From positions 204,848,001-204,912,000 of the forward strand of contig OX597814.1 of NCBI GenBank assembly GCA_951406725.2: a stretch of DNA of 64,000 nt. Reading direction: 5' to 3'. The notes under the pieces were generated by a model, which saw nothing but the letters and a program-made list of their open reading frames with translations, had not been told where the DNA came from and made no database searches. Below, one piece after another: positions 36,943-51,340 of this stretch. The stretch's first letter is position 1. Each line of letters starts with the position of its first letter. Origin of the DNA: Octopus vulgaris. Lineage: Eukaryota. The position numbers were made by a program, and so were the translations under genes.

Positions 36943-38717
36943 ACAAGCAAAGGGCAGCCAAAAAATCCCCACAAGAAAAACAAAGAGAAAACCTGTTGAA
37001 TTATTGCAGAAAAAATAAAAATTATCAAAAAAAAAAAAGGTTAAAATATTAAAAAAAAATATTTTGTGATTTACCCATTTTTTCACTCAACTTGGAGAAT
37101 AACACTTCTCTTTCTAATAACTTTCTCATTCCAATTATAGGAAACCTGGAAAACATTCTTTTTTTTTTTTTTTTAAGAATTAACTCTTCAACTCAATTAC
37201 AGTTGTCTTCATTTCACTTTTAGAAATGTCTTTTCAATATGTAAATTGAAGTATTTTCATTTTTTAATTTATTATTTCTGACATGATAGAGAAACTTAAC
37301 CTTTCCACCCCCCTGCAGACTCCTTTAGAACCTTCTCGACCTTTCTTTTATGTGTAAATAGCCTCCTTCTTTGTTTGTCATTTTCAATTTTTCATTTTTG
37401 GTGAGGGGAAAATAAATGTTAGCTAAATATTATTACCAATATCATTATAATTATTAGCATAACATCTGTTTGTTAAGACCTAGCTATTGCCTCAGCACCA
37501 AACTTTGATCATTCCTAATAATAATAATAATAACAGTAATAATAATAATAATCCTTCCCATCATTAAAAATATCATAAACTAATAATTTTCCATTGGTTC
37601 AATATTTCTTAAAATTAAGAAATTTTAAAGTTAAGAAAGTTTCTTAAAATTAGGAAATTTTAATCCATCAAAATTGATCCACTCCGTGTAAAGACGTCTT
37701 TTTTTAAAAAATTTCTACCTAAATAATCCATTGAGTTAATTCCACTAACTGCTGTTTGATTTTTATGACTTTTAATAGCTGAGAAATAAACTGAAAGCTA
37801 TCAGCTCTGAAATAGCATTGTATTGTGTTGTTGTTGTTGTTGTTGTTTAGCTTTAAGGTCAGCCTGGATCAAGCAGACCTATGATCAAAAGCATTCCAGC
37901 AATGACCATCTCATCTTTTTTCAGACATACTGCACATAGGACTACATTATACAATTTGTCCTTCTGTTTGTTTTTATTTTTAAAGACAGCAGAGTGTGAT
38001 TTGAAGGAGATTTGGCTGCTATTTCTGACAGGTCGAGCGACCGCGTAGAGGCTCCCTCATTAGCTCGCTGTCTTAGCACATTATAATTGTTTATAAACAG
38101 TGGTTTTGAATGTTTTATTGAATGAAAAGTTAAATGGTTTCCAGTTTCTTAGGTAATTTTTTTTTTCTGTACAGTTTCAAAAACTAACAAAATAAAACAT
38201 GTGCCTTTTGGAGTCTGTACACCACTGCAACTCTTCCTCAATTTCCTGTCTCTAGAATCTATGATGTGTAGATCACTGATGAATGCTGCTTCTATTGAAA
38301 CACCCTGTCTAACCATTGCTATATATATAAACATATATATTTTCCCAACCCCACCTCATAATTGTGAACTGAAATCACACTGGTTCTGGCTCTGGTTCTA
38401 TATCTTAATCGCCATCATTGATAATACACAGATTGATTTGCTATTGTCTTTTGTTTAAATTTCCATAAGTAATAAAAACCTAAAACCAACCTACAAACAA
38501 ACATCTTCATTAATATTTCATGTTAAAAACAATTTTTTTTTAACAAGGTGGATGGCTTAACGAGATGGTACACATTTTAATGGAAATTTTTTCATTCAAC
38601 TAATTTTATGACAGAGATGTGGTGTGGATATATATGTATGTATGTATGTCTGTCTGTCTGTATATATGTATGTATATGTCGAGCCTAATTGTGTTTATTT
38701 GCTTCACTACCTGTCTT

Positions 38718-38765
<48 letters not shown>

Positions 38766-38775
38766 CCCCCTGTTT

Positions 38776-38820
<45 letters not shown>

Positions 38821-39842
38821 TGTTACGAACCACCTGCCGTCACTCAAACTCTTCGGAACCTGGGACCCTACCAAGTCGAGCGACGACGATTGACCGGCCC
38901 AGTCGAACGGGGAATTCGCCACGGAAAGAGAGGACTCGGTAGAGGAATGGCAGCGAACACGAACCGGCGACCGGAGAGAACAACAACAACAACAGCAGGA
39001 AGAGATACAGAGAGAGACGGCGGAAGGCAATTGGCTTACATTTAAAAACAGTTTATAACAATCATTACAATATCAGATACAGCAAAGAAAATACAAGCAA
39101 CAGAATCAACAAAATCAAAGGCATGCACGATGCAGTTCAATGTTCAAATCAGTTCAATTCACGATACAGTTCAAAGACAAATCAGAACAGTTCAATACAT
39201 TAAAGTCTTTCTCTTTCTTTCTTTCTCTTTAACACAGTTCTTTTCAATATTCATTTATTTTCTTCCTCTTTTCCTTAATTCACAAGTCTTTCTCCTTTTT
39301 TTTTGACACATCAATTCTTTTTTAGTTCAACAATTCTTTTTCCTCTTCATCACAGGTTACAATTTACGTCACAATTCTTCCTTTTACATTTCACATCAAA
39401 ACATAAACAACCAAAAGACACAAACAAAACTTTACTGAACGTTTTTTCCCAGTCTGCAACAATTTCAGAAACTCCTACTACAACAGCCATGCCTTCTATC
39501 CGCCGTAATCCCTCTCTTTTGCTCTCAGTCCTCTGTATGTCTTTCTCAACCTGTCGCTGCCTCGCCCTGTTGCCATTTCACTATCGCCACCTTCTTGGCT
39601 GACCGTCCATATCACTGCTGTCTTTGGCCAAAACTGACGACTGACTGACCACAAGCTCACAGCGCGTCGCATTTTAAGGAGTGGTTTCTCGAACTTTCCC
39701 TGACCGGAACAGGGCCAAAGGTCTCTTCCGAATACATAAATTTCCCCAGAAACCGACAGGACAAAAGGTTTTAGCTGTCTGCTTGATGCCAACTCACAAA
39801 AGTGGGTCATAGCACTCTGTTTCCGAACTAACCTCCATATCA
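38821..39842 (-). mobile_element. Probable solo LTR (~1.0 kb, Gypsy-like termini)
   Basis: TG...CA termini (tgttacgaac ... ctccatatca) with atat on both flanks inside a (TA)n tract. CpG-rich and unlike its surroundings; no coding capacity. Orientation is tentative. Confidence 0.6.
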
Positions 39843-39874
<32 letters not shown>

Positions 39875-39973
39875 AGGTATGTATATATGCAGCCATCTGG
39901 TTCACCAGTCAGTCAAATCATCCAAACCGTGCTAGCATGGAAACAATGATGATGATGTGTGTGTGTGTGTATA

Positions 39974-42900
39974 GGCATGTGAAAACCACCATTCAAGTGT
40001 ACCCGATGCCAGACTGGCCCTCGTGCCGTTGGTATATGAAAACCACCATTCAGGTGTACCCGATGTCAGTACTTCCTGACTGGCCCTCGTGCCGTTGGTA
40101 TATAAAAACCACCATTCAAGTGTACCCGATGCCAGAACTGCCTGACTGGCCCTCATACCGTTGGTATATGAAAACCACCATTCAAGTGTACCCGATGCCA
40201 GTACTACCTGACTGGCCCTAGTGTCGTGGGTATATGAAAACCACCATTCAAGTGTATTCGATGCCAGTACTGCCTGACTGGCCCTCGTGCTATTGGTATA
40301 TGAAAACCAATATTCAAGTGTACCCGATGCCAGTACTGCCTGACTGGCCCTCGTGCTATTGGTATATGAAAACCACCATTCAAGTGTACCCGATGCCAGT
40401 ACTGCCTGACTGGCCCTCGTATCGTTGGTATATGAAAACCACCATTCAAGTGTACCCAATGCCAGTACTACCTGACTGGCCCTAGTGTCGTTGGTATATG
40501 AAAACCACCATTCAAGTGTACCCGATGCCAGTACTACCTGACTGGCCCTCGTGCTATTGGTATATGAAAACCACCATTCAAGTGTATTCGATGCCAGTAA
40601 TACCTGACTAGCCCTCGTACCGTTGGTATATGAAAACCACCATTCAACTGTACCCGATGCCAGTACTGCCTGACTGGCCCTAGTGTCGTTGGTATATGAA
40701 AACCACCATTCAAGTGTACCCGATGCCAGTAATACCTGACTGGCCCTAGTGTCGTTGGTATATGAAAACCACCATTCAAGTGTACCCGATGCCAGTACTG
40801 CCTGACTGGCCCTCGTGCCGTTTGTATATGAAAACCACCATTCAAGTGTACCCGATGGCAGTACTACCTGACTGGCCCTCGTGCTATTGGTATATGAAAA
40901 CCACCATTCAAGTGTATTCGATGCCAGTACTGCCTGACTGGCCCTCGTGCTATTGGTATATGAAAACCACCATTCAAGTGTACCCGATGCCAGTACTACC
41001 TGACTGGCCCTCGTGCTATTGGTATATGAAAACCACCATTCAAGTGTATTCGATGCCAGTACTGCCTGACTGGCCCTCGTGCTATTGGTATATGAAAACC
41101 ACCATTCAAGTGTATTCGATGCCAGTACTGCCTGATTGGCCCTCGTGCTATTGGTATATGAAAACCAATATTCAAGTGTACCCGATGCCAGTACTGCCTG
41201 ACTGGCCCTCGTGCTATTGGTATATGAAAATCACCATTCAAGTGTACCCGATGCCAGTACTGCCTGACATGCCCTCGTGCTATTGGTATATGAAAACCAC
41301 CATTCAAGTGTACCTGATGCCAGTACTGCCTGACTGGCCCTAGTGTCGTTGGTATATGAAAACCACCATTCAAGTGTACCCGATGCCAGTACTGCCTGAC
41401 TTGCCCTCGTGCTATTGGTATATGAAAACCACCATTCAAGTGTACCCGATGCCAGTACTGCCTGACTGGGCCTCGTGCCGTTGGTATATGAAAACCACCA
41501 TTCAAGTGTACCCGATGCCAGTACTACCTGACTGGCCCTCGTACCGTTTGTATATGAAAACCACCATTCAAGTGTACCCGATGCCAGTACTGCCTGACTG
41601 GTCCTCGTGCCGTTGGTATATGAAAACCACCATTCAAGTGTACCCGATGCCAGTACTGCCTGACTGGCCCTAGTGTCGTTGGTATATGAAAACCACCATT
41701 CAAGTGTACCCGATGCCAGTACTACCTGACTGGCCCTCGTACCGTTTGTATATGAAAACCACCATTCAAGTGTACCCGATGCCAGTACTGCCTGACTGGT
41801 CCTCGTGCCGTTGGTATATGAAAACCACCATTCAAGTGTACCCGATGCCAGTACTGCCTGACTGGCCCTCGTACCGTTTGTATATGAAAACCACCATTCA
41901 AGTGTACCCGATGCCAGTAATACCTGACTGGCCCTCGAACCGTTGATATATGAAAACCACCATTCAAGTGTACCCGATGCCAGTACTGCCTGACTGGCCC
42001 TCGTACCGTTGGTATATGAAAACCAACATTCAAGTGTACCCGATTTCAGTACTGCCTGACTGGCCCTCGTACCGTTTGTATATGAAAACCACCATTCAAG
42101 TGTACCCGATGCCAGTACTGCCTGACTGGCCCTCGTACCGTTGGTATATGAAAACCACCATTCAAGTGTACCCGATGCCAGTACAGCCTGACTAGCCCTC
42201 GTGCCGTTGGTATATGAAAACCACCATTCAAGTGTACCCAATGCCAGTACTGCCTGACTGGCCCTCGTACCGTTTGTATATGAAAACCACCATTCAAGTG
42301 TACCCGATGCCAGTACTGCCTGACTGGCCCTCGTACCGTTTGGTATATGAAAACCACCATTCAAGTGTACCCGATGCCAGTACTGCCTGACTGGCCCTCG
42401 TACCGTTGGTATATGAAAACCACCATTCAAGTGTACCCGATGCCAGTACAGCCTGACTGGCCCTCGTACCGTTTGTATATGAAAACCACCATTCAAGTGT
42501 ACCCGATGCCAGTACTGCCTGACTGGCCCTCGTACCGTTGGTATATGAAAACCACCATTCAAGTGTACCCGATGCCAGTACTGCCTGACTGGCCCTCGTA
42601 CCGTTTGTATATGAAAACCACCATTCAAGTGTACCCGATGCCAGTACTGCCTGATTGGCCCTAGTGTCGTTGGTATATGAAAACCACCATTCAAGTGTAT
42701 TCGATGCCAGTACTGGCTGACTGGCCCTCGTGCTATTGGTATATGAAAACCACCATTCAAGTGTATTCGATGCCAGTACTGCCTGACTGGCCCTCGTGCT
42801 ATTGGTATATGAAAACCACCATTCAAGTGTACCCGATGCCAGTACTACCTGACTGGCCCTCGTGCTATTGGTATATGAAAACCACCATTCAAGTGTATTC

Positions 42901-45900
42901 GATGCCAGTACTGCCTGACTGGCCCTCGTGCTATTGGTATATGAAAACCACCATTCAAGTGTACCCGATGCCAGTACTACCTGACTGGCCCTCGTGCTAT
43001 TGGTATATGAAAACCACCATTCAAGTGTATTCGATGCCAGTACTGCCTGACTGGCCCTCGTGCTATTGGTATATGAAAACCACCATTCAAGTGTATTCGA
43101 TGCCAGTACTGCCTGATTGGCCCTCGTGCTATTGGTATATGAAAACCAATATTCAAGTGTACCCGATGCCAGTACTGCCTGACTGGCCCTCGTGCTATTG
43201 GTATATGAAAATCACCATTCAAGTGTACCCGATGCCAGTACTGCCTGACATGCCCTCGTGCTATTGGTATATGAAAACCACCATTCAAGTGTACCTGATG
43301 CCAGTACTGCCTGACTGGCCCTAGTGTCGTTGGTATATGAAAACCACCATTCAAGTGTACCCGATGCCAGTACTGCCTGACTTGCCCTCGTGCTATTGGT
43401 ATATGAAAACCACCATTCAAGTGTACCCGATGCCAGTACTGCCTGACTGGGCCTCGTGCCGTTGGTATATGAAAACCACCATTCAAGTGTACCCGATGCC
43501 AGTACTACCTGACTGGCCCTCGTACCGTTTGTATATGAAAACCACCATTCAAGTGTACCCGATGCCAGTACTGCCTGACTGGTCCTCGTGCCGTTGGTAT
43601 ATGAAAACCACCATTCAAGTGTACCCGATGCCAGTACTGCCTGACTGGCCCTAGTGTCGTTGGTATATGAAAACCACCATTCAAGTGTACCCGATGCCAG
43701 TACTACCTGACTGGCCCTCGTACCGTTTGTATATGAAAACCACCATTCAAGTGTACCCGATGCCAGTACTGCCTGACTGGTCCTCGTGCCGTTGGTATAT
43801 GAAAACCACCATTCAAGTGTACCCGATGCCAGTACTGCCTGACTGGTCCTCGTGCCGTTGGTATATGAAAACCACCATTCAAGTGTACCCGATGCCAGTA
43901 CTGCCTGACTGGCCCTCGTACCGTTTGTATATGAAAACCACCATTCAAGTGTACCCGATGCCAGTAATACCTGACTGGCCCTCGAACCGTTGATATATGA
44001 AAACCACCATTCAAGTGTACCCGATGCCAGTACTGCCTGACTGGCCCTCGTACCGTTGGTATATGAAAACCAACATTCAAGTGTACCCGATTTCAGTACT
44101 GCCTGACTGGCCCTCGTACCGTTCGTATATGAAAACCACCATTCAAGTGTACCCGATGCCAGTACTGCCTGACTGGCCCTCGTACCGTTGGTATATGAAA
44201 ACCACCATTCAAGTGTACCCGATGCCAGTACAGCCTGACTAGCCCTCGTGCCGTTGGTATATGAAAACCACCATTCAAGTGTACCCAATGCCAGTACTGC
44301 CTGACTGGCCCTCGTACCGTTTGTATATGAAAACCACCATTCAAGTGTACCCGATGCCAGTACTGCCTGACTGGCCCTCGAACCGTTTGTATATGAAAAC
44401 CACCATTCAAGTGTACCCGATGCCAGTACTGCCTGACTGGCCCTCGTACCGTTGGTATATGAAAACCACCATTCAAGTGTACCCGATGCCAGTACAGCCT
44501 GACTGGCCCTCGTACCGTTTGTATATGAAAACCACCATTCAAGTGTACCCGATGCCAGTACTGCCTGACTGGCCCTCGTACCGTTGGTATATGAAAACCA
44601 CCATTCAAGTGTACCCGATGCCAGTACTGCCTGACTGGCCCTCGTACCGTTTGTATATGAAAACCACCATTCAAGTGTACCCGATTCCAGTACTGCCTGA
44701 TTGGCCCTAGTGTCGTTGGTATATGAAAACCACCATTCAAGTGTACCCGATGCCAGTACTACCTGACTGGCCCTCGTACCGTTTGTATATGAAAACCACC
44801 ATTCAAGTGTACCCGATGCCAGTACTGCCTGACTGGTCCTCGTGCCGTTGGTATATGAAAACCACCATTCAAGTGTACCCGATGCCAGTACTGCCTGACT
44901 GGTCCTCGTGCCGTTGGTATATGAAAACCACCATTCAAGTGTACCCGATGCCAGTACTGCCTGACTGGCCCTCGTACCGTTTGTATATGAAAACCACCAT
45001 TCAAGTGTACCCGATGCCAGTAATACCTGACTGGCCCTCGAACCGTTGATATATGAAAACCACCATTCAAGTGTACCCGATGCCAGTACTGCCTGACTGG
45101 CCCTCGTACCGTTGGTATATGAAAACCAACATTCAAGTGTACCCGATTTCAGTACTGCCTGACTGGCCCTCGTACCGTTTGTATATGAAAACCACCATTC
45201 AAGTGTACCCGATGCCAGTACTGCCTGACTGGCCCTCGTGCCGTTGGTATATGAAAACCACCATTCAAGTGTACCCGATGCCAGTACTGCCTGACTGGCC
45301 CTAGTGTCGTTGGTATATGAAAACCACCATTCAAGTGTACCCGATGCCAGTACTACCTGACTGGCCCTCGTACCGTTTGTATATGAAAACCACCATTCAA
45401 GTGTACCCGATGCCAGTACTGCCTGACTGGTCCTCGTGCCGTTGGTATATGAAAACCACCATTCAAGTGTACCCGATGCCAGTACTGCCTGACTGGTCCT
45501 CGTGCCGTTGGTATATGAAAACCACCATTCAAGTGTACCCGATGCCAGTACTGCCTGACTGGCCCTCTTACCGTTTGTATATGAAAACCACCATTCAAGT
45601 GTACCCGATGCCAGTAATACCTGACTGGCACTCGAACCGTTGATATATGAAAACCACCATTCAAGTGTACCCGATGCCAGTACTGCCTGACTGGCCATCG
45701 TACCGTTGGTATATGAAAACCAACATTCAAGTGTACCCGATTTCAGTACTGCCTGACTGGCCCTCGTACCGTTTGTATATGAAAACCACCATTCAAGTGT
45801 ACCCGATGCCAGTACTGCCTGACTTGCCCTCGTACCGTTTGTATATGAAAACCACCATTCAAGTGCACCCGATGCCAGTACTGCCCGACTAGCCCTCGTG

Positions 45901-48900
45901 CCGTTGGTATATGAAAACCACCATTCAAGTGTACCCGATGCCAGTACTGCCTGACTGGCCCTCGTACCGTTTGTATATGAAAACCACCATTCAAGTGTAC
46001 CCGATGCCAGTACTGCCTGACTGGCCCTCGAACCGTTTGTATATGAAAACCACCATTCAAGTGTACCCGATGCCAGTACTGCCTGACTGGCCCTCGTACC
46101 GTTGGTATCTGAAAACCACCATTCAAGTGTACCCGATGCCAGTACAGCCTGACTGGCCCTCGTACCGTTTGTATATGAAAACCACCATTCAAGTGTACCC
46201 GATGCCAGTACTGCCTGACTGGCCCTCGTACCGTTGGTATATGAAAACCACCATTCAAGTGTACCCGATGCCAGTACTGCCTGACTGGCCCTCGTACCGT
46301 TTGTATATGAAAACCACCATTCAAGTGTACCCGATGCCAGTACTGCCTGACTGGCCCTCGTACCGTTGATATATGAAAACCAACATTCAAGTGTACCCGA
46401 TGCCAGTACTGCCTGACTGGCCCTCGTACCGTTGGTATATGAAAACCACCATTCGAGTGTACCCGATGCCAGTACTTCCTGACTGGCCCTCGTACCGTTG
46501 ATATATGAAAACCAACATTCAAGTGTACCCGATGCCAGTACTGCCTGACTGGCCCTCGTACCGTTTGTATATGAAAACCACCATTCAAGTGTACCCGATG
46601 CCAGTACTGCCTGACTGGCCCTCGTACCGTTGGTATATGAAAACCAACATTCAAGTGTACCCGATGCCAGTACTGCCTGACTGGCCCTCGTACCGTTTGT
46701 ATATGAAAACCACCATTCAAGTGTACCCGATGCCAGTACTGCCTGACTGGCCCTCGTACCGTTGATATATGAAAACCAACATTCAAGTGTACCCGATGCC
46801 AGTACTGCCTGACTGGCCCTCGTACCGTTTGCATATGAAAACCCCCATTCGAGTGTACCCGATGCCAGTACTTCCTGACTGGCCCTCGTACCGTTGATAT
46901 ATGAAAACCAACATTCAAGTGTACCCGATGCCAGTACTGCCTGACTGGCCCTCGTACTGTTTGTATATGAAAACCACCATTCAAGTGTACCCGATGCCAG
47001 TACTGCCTGACTGGGCCTCGTGCCGTTGGTATATGAAAACCACCATTCAAGTGTACCCGATGCCAGTACTACCTGACTGGCCCTCGTACCGTTTGTATAT
47101 GAAAACCACCATTCAAGTGTACCCGATGCCAGTACTGCCTGACTGGTCCTCGTGCCGTTGGTATATGAAAACCACCATTCAAGTGTACCCGATGCCAGTA
47201 CTGCCTGACTGGCCCTAGTGTCGTTGGTATATGAAAACCACCATTCAAATGTACCCGATGCCAGTACTACCTGACTGGCCCTCGTACCGTTTGTATATGA
47301 AAACCACCATTCAAGTGTACCCGATGCCAGTACTGCCTGACTGGTCCTCGTGCCGTTGGTATATGAAAACCACCATTCAAGTGTACCCGATGCCAGTACT
47401 GCCTGACTGGTCCTCGTGCCGTTGGTATATGAAAACCACCATTCAAGTGTACCCGATGCCAGTACTGCCTGACTGGCCCTCGTACAGTTTGTATATGAAA
47501 ACCACCATTCAAGTGTACCCGATGCCAGTAATACCTGACTGGCCCTCGAACCGTTGATATATGAAAACCACCATTCAAGTGTACCCGATGCCAGTACTGC
47601 CTGACTGGCCCTCGTACCGTTGGTATATGAAAACCAACATTCAAGTGTACCCGATTTCAGTACTGCCTGACTGGCCCTCGTACCGTTTGTATATGAAAAC
47701 CACCATTCAAGTGTACCCGATGCCAGTACTGCCAGACTGGCCCTCGTACCGTTGGTATATGAAAACCACCATTCAAGTGTACCCGATGCCAGTACAGCCT
47801 GACTAGCCCTCGTGCCGTTGGTATATGAAAACCACCATTCAAGTGTACCCGATGCCAGTACTGCCTGACTGGCCCTCGTACCGTTTGTATATGAAAACCA
47901 CCATTCAAGTGTACCCGATGCCAGTACTGCCTGACTGGCCCTCGAACCGTTTGTATATGAAAACCACCATTCAAGTGTACCCGATGCCAGTACTGCCTGA
48001 CTGGCCCTCATACCGTTGGTATATGAAAACCACCATTCAAGTGTACCCAATGCCAGTACAGCCTGACTGGCCCTCGTACCGTTTGTATATGAAAACCACC
48101 ATTCAAGTGCACCCGATGCCAGTACTGCCTGACTGGCCCTCGTACCGTTGGTATATGAAAACCACCATTCAAGTGTACCCGATGCCAGTACTGCCTGACT
48201 GGCCCTCGTACCGTTTGTATATGAAAACCACCATTCAAGTGTACCCGATGCCAGTACTGCCTGACTGGCCCTCGTACCGTTGATATATGAAAACCACCAT
48301 TCAAGTGTACCCGATGCCAGTACTGCCTGACTGGCCCTCGTACCGTTTGTATATGAAAACCACCATTCGAGTGTACCCGATGACAGTACTTCCTGACTGG
48401 CCCTCGTACCGTTGATATATGAAAACCACCATTCAAGTGTACCCGATGCCAGTACTACCTGACTGGCCCTCGTACCGTTTGTATATGAAAACCACCATTC
48501 AAGTGTACCCGATGCCAGTACTGCCTGACTGGTCCTCGTGCCGTTGGTATATGAAAACCACCATTCAAGTGTACCCGATGCCAGTACTGCCTGACTGGCC
48601 CTAGTGTCGTTGGTATATGAAAACCACCATTCAAGTGTACCCGATGCCAGTACTACCTGACTGGCCCTCGTACCGTTTGTATATGAAAACCACCATTCAA
48701 GTGTACCCGATGCCAGTACTGCCTGACTGGTCCTCGTGCCGTTGGTATATGAAAACCACCATTCAAGTGTACCCGATGCCAGTACTGCCTGACTGGCCCT
48801 CGTACCGTTGGTATATGAAAACCACCATTCAAGTGTACCCGATGCCAGTACTGCCTGACTAGCCCTCGTGCCGTTGGTATATGAAAACCACCATTCAAGT

Positions 48901-51013
48901 GTACCCGATGCCAGTACTGCCTGACTGGCCCTCGTACCGTTTGTATATGAAAACCACCATTCAAGTGTACCCGATGCCAGTACTGCCTGACTGGCCCTCG
49001 AACCGTTTGTATATGAAAACCACCATTCAAGTGTACCCGATGCCAGTACTGCCTGACTGGCCCTCGTACCGTTGGTATATGAAAACCACCATTCAAGTGT
49101 ACCCGATGCCAGTACAGCCTGACTGGCCCTCGTACCGTTTGTATATGAAAACCACCATTCAAGTGTACCCGATGCCAGTACTGCCTGACTGGCCCTCGTA
49201 CCGTTGGTATATGAAAACCACCATTCAAGTGTACCCGATGGCAGTACTGCCTGACTGGCCCTCGTACCGTTTGTATATGAAAACCACCATTCAAGTGTAC
49301 CCGATGCCAGTACTGCCTGACTGGCCCTCGTACCGTTGATATATGAAAACCACCATTCAAGTATACCCGATGCCAGTACTACCTGTCTGGCCCTCGTGCT
49401 ATTGGTATATGAAAACCACCATTCAAGTGTACCCGATGCCAGTACTACCTGTCTGGCCCTCGTGCTATTGGTATATGAAAACCACCATTCATGTGTACCC
49501 GATGCCAGTACTACCTGTCTGGCCCTCGTGCTATTGGTATATGAAAACCACCATTCAAGTGTACCCGATGCCAGTACTTCCTGACTGGCCCTAATGTCGT
49601 TGGTATATGAAAACCACCATTCAAGTGTACCCGATGCCAGTATTGCCTGACTGGCCCTCGTACCGTCGGTATATGAAAACCCCAATTCAAGTGTACCCGG
49701 TGCCAGTACTGCCTGACTGGCCCTCGTGCCGTTTGTATATGAAAACCACCATTCAAGTGTACCCGATGCCAGTACTGCCTGACTGGCCCTCGTGACGTTG
49801 GTATATGAAAACCACCATTCAAGTGTACCCGATGCCAGTACTACCTGACTGGCCCTCGTGCCGTTGGTATATGACAACCACCATTCAAGTGTACCCGATG
49901 CCTGTACTACGTGACTGGCCCTCGTCCCGTTGGTATATGAAAACCACCATTCAAGTGTACCCGATGCCAGTTCTACCTGACTGGCCCTCGTGCCGTTGGT
50001 ATATGAAAACCACCATTCAAGTGTACCCGATGCCAGTACTGCCTGACTTGCCCTCGTACCGTTTGTATATGAAAACCACCATTCAAGTGTACCCGATGCC
50101 AGTTCTACCTGACTGGCCCTCGTACTGTTGGTATATGAAAACCACCATTCAAATGTACCCGATGCCAGTACTGCCCGACTAGCCCTCGTGCCGTTTGTAT
50201 ATGAAAACCACCATTCAAGTGCACCCGATGCCAGTACTGCCCGACTAGCCCTCGTGCCGTTGGTATATGAAAACCACCATTCAAGTGCACCCGATGCCAG
50301 TACTGCCTGACTGGCCCTCGTGCAGTTGGTTTATGAAAACCACCATTCAATTGTACCCGATGCCAGTACTTCCTGACTGGCCCTAGTGTCGTTGGTATAT
50401 GAAAACCACCATTCAAGTGTACCCGATGCCAGTACTTCCGGACTGGCCCTAGTGTCGTTGGTATATGAAAACCACCATTCAAGTGTACCCGATGCCAGTA
50501 CTTCCGGACTGGCCCTAGTGTCGTTGGTATATGAAAACCACCATTCAAGTGTACCCGATGCCAGTACTACCTGTCTGGCCCTCGTACCGTTGGTATATGA
50601 AAACCACCATTCAAGTGTACCCGATGCCAGTACTTCCGGACTGGCCCTCGTGCCGTTGGTATATGAAAACCACCATTCAAGTGTACCCGATGCCAGTACT
50701 ACCTGTCTGGCCCTCGTACCGTTGGTATATGAAAACCACCATTCAAGTGTACCCGATGCCAGTACTTCCGGACTGGCCCTCGTGCTATTGGTATATGAAA
50801 ACCACCATTCATGTGTACCCGATGCCAGTACTGCCTGACTGGCCCTCGTGCCGTTGGTATATGAAAACCACCATTCAAGTGTACCCGATGCCAGTACTGC
50901 CTGACTGGCCCTCGTACCGTTGGTATATGAAAACCACCATTCAAGTGTACCCGATGCCTGTACTGCCTGGCTGGCCCTCGTGCCGTTGGTATATGAAAAC
51001 CACCATTCAAGTG
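39974..51013 (+). repeat. 66-bp tandem satellite array, ~167 units, with higher-order structure
   Basis: Unit gtatatgaaaaccaccattcaagtgtacccgatgccagtactgcctgactggccctcgt(a/g)ccgttg; 22-aa periodic ORFs; one visible 1-bp insertion near 42341. Confidence 0.98.
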
Positions 51014-51340
51014 GCACGTAAATGCACCATCCAAACATGGTCACGTATTGGCTTCCGTGTCGGTGGCACATAAAAGCACCCACTACACTCTCGGAGTGTT
51101 TGGCAAATGCACCATCCAAACATGGTCCATGCTAGGTCTGCCTGATTGGCTTCCGTGTCGGTGGCACATAAAAAGCACCCACTACACTCTCGGAGTGTTT
51201 GGCATTAGGAAGGACATCCTGCTGGAGAAACTCTGCCAGATCAAGATTGGAGCCTGGGACAGCTGCTGGTTCTCCAGATGTCAGTCAAACCATCCAACCC
51301 ATGCCAGCATGGAAAGCGGACGTTAGACAATGATGATGAT
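51014..51340 (+). mobile_element. RTE 3' end contiguous with the 66-bp array
   Basis: gcacccactacactctcggagt...catccaacccatgccagcatggaaagcggacgttagacaatgatgatgat. Confidence 0.85.

Noticed and set aside
38270-38315. CTGATGA...GAAAC...GTC as a hammerhead in the 3' region
   Set aside because: Stem I does not pair and stem II is marginal.
39974-51013. CRISPR array
   Set aside because: Units are contiguous near-identical 66-mers with no unique spacers. The context is eukaryotic and there are no cas genes.
40234-51073. Plus-strand MKTTIQVYPMPVLPDWP ORFs and minus-strand NGGFHIPT ORFs
   Set aside because: Broken by stops every few units; by-products of the satellite.
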